A program made the position numbers and the translations under genes. From positions 2,172,001-2,236,000 of the forward strand of contig MU058687.1 of NCBI GenBank assembly GCA_013265495.1: 64,000 nt of DNA, given 5' to 3'. Of this stretch, positions 10,976 through 24,915 are shown piece by piece. The number at the start of each line of letters is the position of its first letter. The stretch's first letter is position 1. The notes under the pieces were generated by a model, which was not told where the DNA came from, searched no databases, and saw only the letters and a program-made list of their open reading frames with translations. This stretch comes from Vicugna vicugna. Its lineage: Eukaryota.

Positions 10976-13900
10976 TTAATGTATTTAACCAAATTAGCAT
11001 AAAAAGTAGGAAGAAATAGGATCATCTCAAGAGAATCATGTAGAAAAAGCATTTAATAAAATCAAATATTATTCATGATAACTACTCTTAACACATTAAG
11101 AATAGAAGGAAATTCCTTAAACTGGTAAAGATCATTTATAAAAATCTTTCATAAAGTTTAATAGCTAATAGTGACATATTGGAAGCCTTCTCCCTGAGAT
11201 TAGGGATACCTCCTAATACTACTTCTATTCAGTATTGCACTAGAGATCCTAACCATTGCAAAAAGGCAGAAAAAAAAGTTATAAAGACTAGAAAGGAAGA
11301 AATAAAACTGTTCTTATTCACAGATGAAATTATTGTTTATGTAGAAAATTCTAAAGAACCTATAGTTTTATTAAAAGTAAATAAATATAGCAAGGTCTCT
11401 AGATTCAAGAAAAAGGTGTGTATATATGTATATATATAATATTTCTATATTCCTGCAATAAACAGAAAGTGAAAAATTTTAATACCATTTGTAATAGCAT
11501 CAAAGACATAGAATACCTGGGAATATGGCTAATGAAAGATGTGAGATCTTTACAGAGAAAACCTTGACAGAAAATTAAAAAGATCTTATGGAGAGTTTTG
11601 CTGTGTTCATGAATTGAAGGCTTAAATATCAATTCTTTCCAAGTTATCTATAGAAGGAATGCAATCCAAATTCACAGCATTTTGGGGGGCAGAAATTAAT
11701 AAGTTAATTCTAACATTTGTATGAGAATGTTAAGGACCAAGAATAGAGAAGACAGGCTTGAAGGAACAAAGCTGGAAGATTTCTACTGCCAGGTATTAAG
11801 ACTTCTCATAAAGCTATAGTGTTATGTGGTATTGGTGTATACATAGACAAATAGACCAGAAGCAGACCCACACATATACAATCACTTGGCTAAGGACAAA
11901 GGTGACTGTGGTGCAGTGAGGAATGGATGCTCACTCAGCTGGATATTTACTTGCAATATAAATCTTGACCCCTATCTTCACTACTTAAACAAAACCAATT
12001 TCGCAAAGATTGTATTATAAAGGTGAAAGGGTCCACAATAAAGTTTCCAAAAAACAAAAACAAAAACAAAAACAGAAAAACGTTTCCATTACATCGGAGA
12101 AGGTAAATATTCCTTATGGAAAATAAAAAGTCCTATCTAGAAAGATAAAGATTGATGCATTAGATTAAATTAAACTTTTCTATTCAAAAGAGCTCATTAA
12201 GAGTAAAAAGGCCAGCCATAGGGTAGGAGATTATACCTGCAATAGAAACATCTGGCAAAAGACTTGCATCCAGAATCTTTTTCAGAAACTGCTACAAATC
12301 AATTAGCACAATCAAATAATCCAATACTGGGCAAATGACTTGTAGAAAGCATCACAAGAGAGGATATCTAAATGGCCTATAAATGTATGAATGAGTGCTA
12401 AATATTAGTCATTCATGAAATGTAAATTAAAACCGTAACACCATACCACTACACACTCAACAGAGTGTCTGAAATTAAAAAGCCTGACAACACTGAGTAC
12501 TGGTAAGAATGTGGAGCCACAGACATTCCGCTAAACTGCTGGTAAGGATGTACACTGGTACAGCCACCTTGGAAAGTTGTTTGACAATATCCACTGAAGC
12601 TGAACATATGCAAACCTAACCACCCAGAAACACCACCTTTAGGTGCATACAAAATAGAAATGTGTACATACATGCACCGAAACGTATGCCCAAAGCAGCC
12701 CTAAACACAGCAGCCAAAACTGAAAATGACACAAAAGTCCGTCAGCAGAATGAAGTCATAAACTGTGATACAGTCATACAATAGAATACTATACACAAAT
12801 GAGGATTTGCAAGCTACATCAGCAACATGAATCTCAGGAATAATGTTGAGCAAAGCAGCCAGACACATGAGAACACACTGTATGACTCCACTTACATAAG
12901 GTTAAGAACAAGCAGAACTGAACTTTGCTGTCAGAAATCTCTGCCTGTAGGTGTGAGTACACCTTGGAGGAGACAGAGGCCTCGGGAAGTCTCCATAATG
13001 TTCTTACCTTTGTTTAGGGGGTATGTTCTCTTTGTGAAGATTCACTGAGCTGTATGTTTACAATTGTGCATTTTCCTGGAAGTATGTTGTAGTTGATAAA
13101 AAAACAACACAAAGTAAAACAAGAAAATGTGTGTGAGCATGGATGTTTGAGTGTAGGGGGGATGTCTGAGAGCCAGGGCAGGGCATATGTAGATCCCACA
13201 TCGCTTTGGAGCTCAGGACCTGGACAGGAAGTCCTGCACAGAGGCCTTCCCTCCTGGAACACCTGAGGGGCCCTCCCACCTGCTTCTAGGGATCCTTGAG
13301 GGCCCCTGGCATTTCCTTTCAGAATAGGCCATGGGGCCATATATAATTCTCCATGTTGTTTGAAAGGGATCTTCCACAGAAAAGGCCATGCTGAGACTCA
13401 GCCCCCTAGTCTTCTGGCCAGCATCTGTTCTGATTAGGGTGATTGCTCTCCCTGCAGGATGTCCCCGCTACAGGACTAAGCAGCTGTCCAAGGACGCCTT
13501 AGCACCTCTCCCCACAACTTCAAAGGGCCTGAGAGTGGAGCAGAGGAAAGAGCCCATGCGGCATGGAAGTAAGACTAATGGAGCCCAGAGTCCAGGGGAG
13601 AAGGACTCAGGCAGAAGTGACTGTGACCAGCTGATCAGGGTAGAGCCCAAGGCATGAACTTGGTCCCCCACTGGGGGATGAATCCAGGGATGACACTGCC
13701 TCATGGCCATCCTAGGATGTTCATGTTCCACAGCCTCTCTGGTGGTACCGCTTGCAGGTCATTTGTGAACTGAGCAGCAAGAAGTGACCCATGTTCCTGC
13801 TAGGACATGTACTTTAATTTTAAGATATTAAAAGTTAGCTCTTGTTTGTAACACAGATACCATCCTATGCATCTAGAAATGCGTTGGGAAAAGAACTGTT

Positions 13901-14499
13901 TATAACACGTGGAATTGGTATCCACTTTGTGAAGGCATGTAAAACCTGAGCTGCTCAACTCTGCCTAAAAGCAGAAAACAGCCTCCTAGGCCTGGCCACT
14001 CTGGTCATCACTGAAGGGACCCTACACAGAGTCTGAGAGTTAGAAAACCCCTTGGAGGGCCCCTGGTCCAGCCTCCCCTAGCCAGAGGGCTCGATCCAAG
14101 ATTTTTGGCCCCAGGGAGTAAGGTAAGTGGAGAAAAAATATCTATTCATTTCTCTTGGGGCAATTCCTACGTGAAAGGGAAAAACAGCAGTAGACAATCC
14201 TGGAGCTTTCCAGAAGCAACACTACCTTATGGGTCTCCGTGGCTGCAACACCAAAGAGGTTAAATGCTAATAAAAAACTCTGTCTGGAACCAGAAGGTGA
14301 GTGTAAGCTCTAGGTGTCAGGATATTACTAGTCTGCATCCCCACTTAAAAGACAATAAACTAGTATTGCTCTCTCTTCCTCCTGGACCCCACAGGGAACA
14401 AAACTTCCCTCTGTTATATCCAAGATTCTCAAGCATTTTGTTTCAAATGTTGAGTTCCTTTTGGGGAGGGAGGAACATAAACACTTTTGGTGTTTGATT

Positions 14500-14520
14500 T
14501 GTGTGTGTGTGTGTGTGTGT
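14500..14520. repeat. (GT)n microsatellite
   Basis: Direct read. Confidence 0.9.
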
Positions 14521-16409
14521 ACACAAACAAAGGTTGCTTCTTCCCTCTCACCTCCCTGCATTACAAGTCTATGCCTCTTTCTCTGAACTTGTAACTTTCA
14601 GCATTGTGCCAGGGGGCATGTAGTTTCTAGGTTGTCGGTTTTCCAAGGTCATCCTTTGAGACTAGCAGACTGCTGGGTGCATCTGTAATAAGTCAGACAA
14701 GGGTTTCTTCCGCTGACTTAGTTGGCTTTTCCCCTCTGATCTGAACCTGCTGAGGAAGTTTTCGTGTATCCTGTAGCCTGTTTAGTGACTGTAAATTCCT
14801 AAAAGAAAGTGAAAGCAGAGTTTAATCATTCCTGGTGTCTGTTCCCCATCTCCTCTCCCCTTCCTCCCTGTCCTTTGGTGAGTGTGAAAGGACATGACAG
14901 TGTCTGGAGGAGTTGGTGGAGAGAAACAGTGGCCTGTGGGTTGAGACTCGAAGAAAAACATTATCCTAGGATGAAATACAAACCATATCACATTGATTTT
15001 CCTTTTGGGGGGCCCGGATATCACATCCTTCCATTTCCCTCTAGTCCCTGCCTGCCATCGACAGGGAAGCATTAACAGGGAATAATCAATGGCGCTCTGT
15101 CCTGAAAATAAAAGGCTTGTCATGTCTCTCCATTTGGTGGAATGGATGTGGGACCGGGGGTCATATGGCCAGCTTCCATCTGTCTCCTGACACAGGCACT
15201 GACTCAGACATGCTTTCCACCCAGAAGGCTGCAGCCGGCAGCCAGGTGATTGCAAACTCTCCATGGGCATCAAGAAAAACAAGACTTCAATTTCTTTGAA
15301 CTCTTATGTCAGGAGCTTGGCAAACTATCAAACATGGCAGCTCAGGAACTTTGCTGAACTTTAGTTTCTGGGTTACATAATGGATTGATGTTCCCTGATG
15401 TGTTAGATGCTGTGCTTACAGTCCAAACAAGGCTGTGTATTCACTGTTGTATGATAGAATCACAGAAATTCAGAATTGACAGGGACTTGAATCTGTGGTC
15501 CAGCCCTATTTCCCATCTGATGTGTGAATTTGCCATAATTTTCCTGAAAACCCAATGGTTTCCTCCACACTACTGCCTCCAGCATTGCTGAGCCATTGTT
15601 GGAAAGCTCAACCCTTAGAAAGTATTTTCTCACACTAACCGAAATCTGTTTTATGGTGCTCACAGCCATCACTTAGTTTCCTCTCCAAATGCTCCCCCTC
15701 TTTCACTTAGATCCAGTTCCCCATTTGGTTCTGAATCTCTTCTGACTCTTCCCCATTCACAACCCTGTTAAGTTCCTTTAGATTTAACCACTATGTTTCA
15801 GTCATTCATCAAAGACTCTGGCTTGGAAGCATGCCAGTGGTCTTTCTTCTTTCAAACTCCTTGGGTGGCCTCCCTGCTCCTGCCTAATCCCACACCCATC
15901 AGCCCAGAGGTAATTTTCTGTACTTGTGGTCACTTAGCTGGCTTTGGAAGACATTCTTTGGATTCGTTTTAAAATGGATCTAATCTAAACTCTCTTTGCC
16001 TTTTTGACACATGCTACAAAGCCATACTTTCCATCCTATACAATTTGATTTTATTTAGACCTACATGAAAAATACAACTGTCGCTAATACATTTTATCTT
16101 CTTAGGTTGGTTCATTGCTCCGTCTTTTAAAGATCAAAATCAGATTCTGCCACTGCAAGCATGCACTTTCGTTTGCAGCTTTGGTTAATCTGCAAATTTG
16201 ATAAGCGTACCTTTTCTGTCTTGGTCGCCATCACCGGCAAAAATGAGAGGATGAGGTCCAGGACAGAGCCCTTGAATAACCTTTAGAAACCTCCTTTAGT
16301 TAATATTCCTGAGGCAATCAGTAACTACCATACTCATCTCACTGAGTATGGTAGTTACTGATCACCCTAATTAAACTAGCATCTATGCTGTATTCTTAAT
16401 GATAACGCT

Positions 16410-16605
16410 TACTTATTGAGCCTTACTATGTTTCAGACTTGTCTCATTTAATCTGCATAATAACCAAGTGGGGTTGGTACTGTCATTATTCCCATTAAAC
16501 AGATGAGGCACAAAGAGGTTAGTTAACTTGCTTGAGACCACAGAGCTGTTAAGTGTCAGAGCCAAGATTTGAACCCAAGTGTTCTGACTCAGTGTCCATA
16601 CCATT
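16410..16605 (-). mobile_element. MIR SINE
   Basis: ttattgagccttactatg...cccattaaacagatgaggcacaaagaggttagttaacttgc...atttgaacccaag. Confidence 0.85.
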
Positions 16606-16985
16606 ATCCCCTCTTACATCTCATCCATCACAGTGTGAAATTCCTTGCCGTGTGCCTGTGCATTCCGGATCCTTCAGCAGCTGCATATTTATGCAAGCCA
16701 GTGTGAGGGGGATGAAGCCACCATGAGCACGGGGGTCCCACCTTGGGCCCCCTCCACTAACTGCTGGTTCAGTGGCTCTGGTTTCACTGAGATTGGGTTT
16801 GATGGGAGTGGAAATGGATAGATAAGATCCATTTTCCTTCCCACGCTGGGAACCAACTGAAAGAGAGACCCAGATATCAGCTTTATAGCTGAATGGAGTG
16901 TGGGGGTCAGAGCCTGCCCCACCAAGTGACTACGTATCAGAGAGTGGTGACTCCAAGTGGGCAGGCAGGCTTCAAGAGAACCCAG

Positions 16986-17226
16986 GATTAACAGACACAC
17001 GTTACTGTATATAAAATAGATAAACAACAAGGACCTACTGTATAGCACAGGGAACTGTATTCAGTTTCTCATAATAATATATAATGGAAAAGAATCTGAA
17101 AAGAAAAAAAAGTATGTAAAAATATATATATATGTATGTATGTATATAACTGAATCACTTTGTTGTACATCTGAAACTAACATTGCAAATCAACTACACT
17201 TCAATAAAAAAATTAAAAGAAATAAA
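16986..17226 (+). mobile_element. L1 3'UTR fragment (artiodactyl-type)
   Basis: aaatagataaacaacaaggacctactgtatagcacagggaac...aactgaatcactttg...caactacacttcaataaaaaa. Confidence 0.85.
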
Positions 17227-19826
17227 GGGGGAGAGTGCCCCGGAGGTGCTGATGGACACGCTCTGTTCCTTCTCAAAATGCACCAGTTTTTGCTTCTCCT
17301 GTCCTATTAATAATAGTGGTAAGCATCTTTGGTGCTTTACCATTTATGAGGCACTTTCCTATTACTCATTCTCTCACTCAATCCTACGTCCCTACCGTTT
17401 TACAGGAGGAGCAGTGTTTTCTTGCTGAAGTACCGCATGTTAACATTGGCCCTGGAAACAGATTACCCCAGGGGTCCCAAACAGAGTTCATTCACCTTAT
17501 TTCCAACAACAGGTCTGATCTTCTTTAGATGTGTCCTCCTGTACTTTCACTTCATGTGGTTTAGATGAGATCTCTCCTCCCTTCTCCAAGCTCAGGGGAT
17601 GGGCATACCACTGAAGGGAAGCAGTGGAACACACTGTCCCAAATGTCCAATCCTGAGTAGGGTGATGCAAGGCCAGCCTCCATCCCCAGGAGACAACACT
17701 GCACCCACACATTCCAGCGGGAGTGCCCTGACATGACAGCTCTTCTGGCCAGCTGAGTTCTGCCTCTCCACCTTCCTACCAATTCTGTGAGTTTTCCGAT
17801 ACTTTCCCAGGGAAGCCCACCGTTCCCCCTCAATGTATGAGAGTGTCTATTGCTTACAGCAATGTAACTGTAAGAAAAATACAGTGCAGGTTTTGATAGC
17901 TACCAGGCTCTGACCCAGCTTTCCCTGACTCAGCTTCTGGCCCATGAACACCACTTTTCAGGTTTCCTGGGTGACGCCTCTTCTGACGTGCTTCCACATC
18001 CATTAACGGACATCCCAGCCTCGTGCCTGATGGGAAGGGATCAGGAAATCCTTTGTTGAATTACAGCTATTCCATATCCAAGAGCCTAATAATCATGACA
18101 AAGACAGAAGTGATGTCAATCTGATGTTATGTGTGTGTGTTTATAAATGAATCCATACAGCAGTCCATGGTTCACCATTCTGTTTTCTAAGTGCTTGGAG
18201 GTTAGTTAGAATTTGAGACTCTTGTTTGGGTGTAGTAAGAAGCCTCTTCATTTTCAAAATAAACCAGCAGTGGGACCTGGGGCAGGTCTCTTTGAACCTT
18301 AGCATCCTCACCTGTACAATGGATAGAATAATTATATCCATCCCACTCATGATTCCACGCCTCTGTATGGCGCTTCATCATTTAGCATTTATTTTCTCAT
18401 ATGATCCAACTATACTTATTTGTTGCAAAGAACAAATAATAATTTGTGTGAAAATACTAAGTAAAATGTAATGCATTATATCTAGGCTGCACTTTGTTGT
18501 AAAAGCTCCAACCTTCATCTTCTAGAATCTTCTGTTCCCCTGGTAGCTTCCAAGATGCTTGACAATAATTTAGCAATCCCATTTGCAAGGGTTATCAGCA
18601 TCCAGGAAAGTAATTCATCGAGGTAAGTGACTTTAATTCATTAGAGTAGCTAGAAAACAGGTGCACTTTTTATAATCTCTTCACTCAGGGCTTTAATTCT
18701 CTCTTATCAACATATGTGTTACCCATTTCATGGTAAAAGATTTTATTTGACAGAAAAGATGGAAGCAAATAAGGGAGTGTAGAAGTTTTGCCTTTTTTCT
18801 GATAAAAATCACCACCATTCCTAAACAGCTCCCACATCATCTTTTTCTTCAACTTGCCCTAAACATCACGTTAAAAAGCAGAAGCCATTTTTGATGCCCT
18901 TGGCTCTTTTTGCAAGTCTCAATTCATTGCTGCCTTCAGCCTTCTGACACCCTTTAGCCAAAATCCATCTTGTTTATTAAAGTTTTTATTCACGTTCTGC
19001 TCTGCCAAGATTTTGAAGACCAGAAGCCCATGAGAATGGAGGCGTTATTTGGGAAAGTGTTGTGAGCACTGTATCAGTTCAAGATCCTGTTGCCTCACTT
19101 AAGGACTGAAGCCTCTGCTGCTAGTATTAATCTGGAAGTGATCCTAAGGGTTCACCAGACCACGGCCCCGTTAGTCTCACATCACCCGTCATCACGAGCG
19201 TCTCGGCTAGAGCACTGCCTGCCCCTGTTCTCAGTTACGTGGGTCCCTGGTTTCGTGTTGCTTCTTTCCACCCTTTATATTTGTGCTTATCAGAGCTTGT
19301 TCTGCAGTCCCTTAGATTTCCTTCCAGTTCATCTCCCTTTCTTTCCTTTCGGTGACATCTTTAGTTACAGAGTCAGATTTGAACTTTTGAGAGTTTCCCA
19401 ATCATGAACCACCTTCCTCACGCTATGGAATCATTGCGAATGTGGCTAAAATTTAGAAACTGAATATGCACACATGTACACGTTTCTGCTTATCAAAGTA
19501 AATTATGTATATTGGCATACTGTAGATCATTTGAAAGGTTTAGAGAAGCAGAAAAAAAATCACATAATCTTATCACCACAAAACAGCTACTCATTGGCAT
19601 TCATGTAGACAATCTACATGTATTTCCAAATCATGTGTATAATAATAATACTATACATCAAACATTTTGCTTTGGACATGTTACATAGCACCCCCCTCAT
19701 TAACAGAAATTCTTTATAAGCACTATATTTAATGCCTGCCTAATATTACATACGTGAAACAGTGCTTCTATTAGTGAACACTGAAGTCATTCCCACGAAT
19801 TTTTTTCTCTTTTATAAATAACCCCA

Positions 19827-20425
19827 TGTGAGGTTAGAGGGGGCACAATCCACAAGACTGCCCTAATTTCTGACACCAACTACAAAGTTAGGGAGCAGTT
19901 CACATGACCACCCTGTGACACCCATCGTAAGTTTAGGGGTCCCCAAGACCACCTTGAGTTTCTGTACTTCACTAGAAGGGCTCAGAGAACTCACTGGTAG
20001 CTATTATACTTGTGGTCATGGTTTATTAAGGCTCAAGGATAGAGATGCAAATCAGCCAAGGGAAGAGCTTCCAGCAGTCCTCTGCCCGTGGAGTCACAGA
20101 CAGTGTTTCTCTTCTGGCAACAATGTGTGACACACGCACGGGAGGAATGCCAACCAGGGATGCTCACTCGAGCCTCGATGTCCAGAGTCAGCCATGGAGC
20201 TCCTTTAGTCCCCAATACCCCCCACCCCCGCCAGGCACAGAGTGATTGCCACTTGGCCCAAAGCCCCCATCATAAATCACAGTGTTAGACTGATCAGTGG
20301 CCAAGGCCTCCAGGAAAACAAAGACACTCTTGTCAGGTAGGATGTTCCAAGGGCCTAGAGCTCACTCCCTACTGCTGAGGGCAAAGGCTGGACTGCTCTT
20401 TGGTAAGGTGAATACTCTACTATAC
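19827..20425. mobile_element. MER21-like LTR inside an antisense L1M fragment (~19440-20760)
   Basis: cacaagactgccc..ctgacaccaact..ccccaagaccacc..cactagaagggctcagagaactcact resembles MER21. Confidence 0.7.
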
Positions 20426-21339
20426 ATCCTGGATGGATACTTTAGTGTATAAGTTTTGTCCATTTTGAGGGCTATTTCTTTAGGGTAAATTCCTAGAAAT
20501 GAAATGATTGGATCAAAGGTTATGAACATTTTTAAGACTCTTGAAAACACATATTATTAAAATGATTTCCAAAGAGTCTACCACTTTATACTCTACCCCT
20601 CCCCATCTCCACCCAGCAGCGCATCAGAATATTTGTCTTATCGCATCCTCACTTGCAATGAGCATTGTCATTTAAAAACTTCTCTAGCAATTTGATAGAC
20701 ACAAAGTGATATCACGTGGTTTTTATTTGTATGTCTATGATAACTAATATGGCTATATACCAGTGTGTTTATTTTTAAAGCTTTAATTATGCAGGATTTT
20801 GAACACCCACAAAAGTGGACAGAATAGCTTAAGGAACCCCCCCCACAGACATTAACCCCTGGAAATTCTACCTCATTCACAGCAGCACCTTCTCTCACTC
20901 CCATAGTCTTTAGAAGAAAATCTCTTGGATGCATCATTTTATCTTTGATATTTCAGTATGAATTTCTAATAGCTAAGGACTCAATTAAAAATCACCAATA
21001 CAATGATCATACTTCAAAAGGGAACAGTTTCTTAATGTCTTTAAATATCCACTTGATATTCAAATATCCAGTTTTCATAATGATCAGGTCTTAATATTAA
21101 AAAAAATCAGGCTCCAAATGAGGTTCATATTTTGAGATTTGTAGATACATCTTTTAATCTAACATGTGTTCTCTAATATACAGATCCTCTCTCTCTGTCT
21201 CCATGTCTCTCTCAGCCTCCTTCTCCCTCCTCACCTCCCTCTAAAGACATGACTCCGTTCTTCTCTCTCTCCCTCATTGCCTCCAAGACATGACTTGCTG
21301 TTGTGCCCCTGGTTCCTAAAACAGCTGCTGGCTCCTAGT

Positions 21340-21900
21340 CAGTATGGACGGGCTCTAAGATGCCCCATGACTCCTGCTTCCCGATGGCTACACCTTTGTG
21401 TAATCCCCTCAACTGTGTCTTCCTTCTAATCAATAGAACGTGGCAAAGGTGATGGGATGTCACACCCATGGTCACGTTATAGAAAATTCTAGCTTGCTCA
21501 CAGCCTTTCTTTCTCCCTCCATCCACCTCTTCCTCTTTTCCTGTTGCCAGCTATGGAGGAGGAAGCTACATAAAATGGCTCATGTGGCAAGGGACTGTGG
21601 GCACTCTTTGGGAGCTGAGGGGAAATTCCAGCAAGAAACTGAAACCCTCACTTGACAACGACAAGGAAATGAAATAACCAACAATCTGAGGGAGCTTGGA
21701 TGTGGATGTCTTCTCAGTTGAGCCCCTGATGAGCCCACAGCCCCAGCCAACACCTGGACTGCAGTCTAGTGAGGTCCTTCAGCAGAGAACTCAGCTAAGT
21801 TGTGTGCAGACTTCTGACTGACAGAAACTATAGATTGTAAATGTGTGTTTAAAGATGCTAAATACTTGGTGGTAATTAATTAAGAGGCATATATTCCAAA
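21340..21900 (+). mobile_element. MLT1 (MaLR) LTR
   Basis: ctaatcaatagaacgtggcaaaggtgatgggatgtcac...cagccccagccaacacc...agaaactatagattgtaaatgtgtg. Confidence 0.8.
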
Positions 21901-24317
21901 TGAATATAATGAGTGTTCACTAAATCTATGATGAATTGACTGAATGCATAAGAAGGTTAGTTAAGAACTGATCAGACACTGCTTTTAGCTGAATGAGTCT
22001 TCCAGCCAGGCCACCTGTGGTCTATGCCAACATGGCCTCACACTCCCTCCCCTATCCCCTCCCACATGATCTCCCTCCACCATGATCTCCCTCCACCTGC
22101 TTACACTGACTTTGGGATGAGTTTCTGGAGGGTAAGCATCCTCATGAGAGCCCTCCAAGGGTTTGTACCATCTCAATATGCCTGGTAGTTTCTTGTAATG
22201 TGGACAACATAGAGTGTATGATCTTTGGGTGTCTGCCCTGCAGTTTCTTTACCCTGCAAATATTTCTGCCTTTGATATAATTTACCTTCTCCTGTCTGCT
22301 CAGCTTCCCCAGTCTGATTTCTGGATGGCTGTAAATTGCTCCCAACAAAAAGCTTTTGAGTAGGATGTAAACATGCAGCCCTGAGCCAACTCTGTGTGGT
22401 CACCAAGCAGACAAGCCACCCTCGGAAACTTCCTTGCTTCCACCCTGTAGGGGCAGCTCTCCTCTTTGTCTCTGCCACCCAGGGCTTCACACACCCTCTG
22501 TCCTCTTTATGCTCTATCACCTCCCATATTCCATCCAGCTTTTTTAAAAACAAGCATTGACAGAATATGCCATTCAACCTGTTTTAATTTTTTTTTTTTG
22601 TAAAAAGAGGACGTGAGGACTGGCATTAAGATTGTAGATGAATAATGAGAGAATTCCTCCCAGCTGTTCAGGGATATATATTTCTCCTGCAGTGGAGCGA
22701 GACGGATCCCCATCACAGCTCAGGGGCTTGTTCCATGAAGCCTCTCGTCTGTCATGCTGCGGGTTGGGGGAAGGTGGACAGGTGTCATTATGGATGCAAC
22801 CGGGCTCAGAAGTGACTGGTGAAGGTTGATGCTGCAGTCCTGACGGAGCTGCTGATGGAAGTTCTCCTGGCAGGCACCGCTGGCTGGTGGAGTGGGCAGC
22901 TCTAAACAGCACCACCATTCTGTGGCTGACTCCTGATTCTTTTCTAGTCAGCCTGCCTTGAAGCTGAAATAAGTCCAAGGCAGCTACCCAAGGAAAATAC
23001 CCTTGACCTTTTCCAAACTAGGTAGATAGGAAATCAAAACCAATATTCTTTCAGTTTTGCAATAAGCCTGAACCAGATGCCCTTAATTGTTCATACTTTC
23101 CTGTCCTGAAGCTGGCCCATCTCCCTGGGGACTCTGAGCAGAGTGGCATCAGGGTGGTCTGTATCTGTAGCTGGTTCATTACACCCAGAGGGAGAAATGC
23201 TTGGGATCTGGGGGGCCTGCGTTAGGTTTGCCAATCTTGTGTGGATGCTGACTTAGTCTTAAAATAAGACTAAGACATAAATAGGTCCATCTCATAAGAT
23301 GGAGAAGCAAGACCTCAATTTCCTCTTCTCACTCCCTTTTCTTAACCCCAGAAAACAACTCACACAAAGAGCTTGTCTGCCACTAACAGCTGTTCTTCCC
23401 CTGTTTGCTCCTGCTCTTTCAAAAGCTGACCCTGACTGCAATATCCCTGGGCATCTCTGCTGGAACGGATCAGGGAGGCTCCGCTGGAAGGATGGCTGTC
23501 ACTCTGCCACTCCCCCCAGGTTCAGTTTGCTTGGGGAGAGCATCCCTCTCTGCCTTTTGAATTTTCTCATGACTAGTCTCATTCCTAAAAGGATTTGAAG
23601 TGTCTGACAAAAATATGAACAGTACAGCAAGGTAGATGGTAAGGGAGGAACTTCAGGCGGGGGAAATAAAGGCAGGAAAAATAAGACAGCCACACGAGGC
23701 TCTTATACCAAAGGCTGATTGATGTGCACTTGCTAATTTGATTCTGAGTTTTCTGGAAGAAGGAAACACAATCAATGGTTCCCTTCTCAGTGTCTATGAG
23801 ATAAAAGCAAACTAGTTGTCTGGGAGAAAGTTCTGAAGTATGAGACACATCTCTGGTGGGATGTTTGTTCTTTTAAAGATGTGAACAACGCCCTCAATAA
23901 TGCTGAGTTTCACGGGGCATAAAACTGTTAAAAGTGTTTAAGGCTGCTGTCTGTGAAGATCACTGGTGTTTGAATTCTGTGATTGTCTTAAGAATTGATG
24001 TCTTACACAATCAAGTTTGAAAATACACCATTTTTTTTCTTTCCCCTTCCCTTTCCTTTTCTTCTCCTTCCCTCCGCCTCCATCTCCTTACTCTTCTTGA
24101 AAGGACGTTAGACATTTTCCACTTTCTGGAATTGGGGAACCTGGGCTCTGATGCTGACTCTAAGTGTTTATCTGTATCACTGCACTGTGTGTCCTGATCT
24201 GTGGTGTGTTCCTGCAATTGTGTGCTTGTGCTTGAACAAGAGGAAATCAAAATATCCAGTCCAGCCACTTTACTAAGCTATTATTAAATTATATGCAGTG
24301 AGTGGGAAGAGGGTAGG

Positions 24318-24503
24318 ATTTTTCTAAAGCTTGAAGGTGTATCAGAATCTCCTAAAAGACTTGTTAAAACACAGATCACTGGGCTCCACCTCTAGAGTTT
24401 GACTCAGTAGGTCTGGGTGGGTCTGAGAATTTCCATTCCCAACAGGTTTCTAATAGGTGACGCTGTTTGTCTAGAGATCACACTTTTGAGAACTGCTATT
24501 CTA
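24318..24503. mobile_element. MER5A hAT-Charlie DNA transposon
   Basis: atcagaatctcct..cttgttaaaacacagat..ctcagtaggtctggg..cacacttttgagaac. Confidence 0.8.
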
Positions 24504-24915
24504 AAGACACTTCCTTTCTTTCCCTTGAACCATCCTAGGTTGGGCAGCCAGTTATCTATCTGGAAATTCCCATCTCATTTTTTTCATCCCTAAAATTAAA
24601 AAATGAAAACCATCCCAAAATCGCCTTTGTCTTTTGGCTTCATTCTTAACCCAAACTAGGACTCTCCCTGAGCAAGGTTTAGACTACCTCCAACTGGAGT
24701 CACAAGAAAACTAATTTAGACTTTGTCAGTGTGCACACTCAGTACTGAGGAGTACTGAATTTTCCATAGTTCTCATTTGGACAAAACACCATGTGTTGCT
24801 CAGATGCTTGAGAATGTTATGAAAATTAGAAAAATATTATCCTCAAGTGTGGCAAACATGTCAGTACAGGTGGCAGGCTAAAAGATCTAATTTGTTGGGT
24901 AAAGATTCAGGCTCT

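Larger units (their letters stand above)
8105..13105 (+). mobile_element. Degenerate L1 (ORF2 to 3'UTR) with nested insertions
   Basis: Colinear L1 ORF2-like sequence. The ORF at 11179 reads ..KEEIKLFLFTDEIIVYVENSKE, an L1 RT FADD-motif remnant. Confidence 0.85.
15450..19420 (-). mobile_element. CR1/L3 LINE fossil, interrupted by MIR and L1 insertions
   Basis: Minus-strand remnants of CR1 ORF2: GTLIKFAD (~16176-16212), QGSVL (~16250-16275), EKAKLL..FASIFS (~18750-18800), NELRLAKRAKGIKNGF (~18880-18950). CR1-like 3' end atagaatcacagaa at ~15453. Confidence 0.8.

Noticed and set aside
24739..24750. 12-bp palindrome CTCAGTACTGAG
   Set aside because: Expected by chance in 64 kb.
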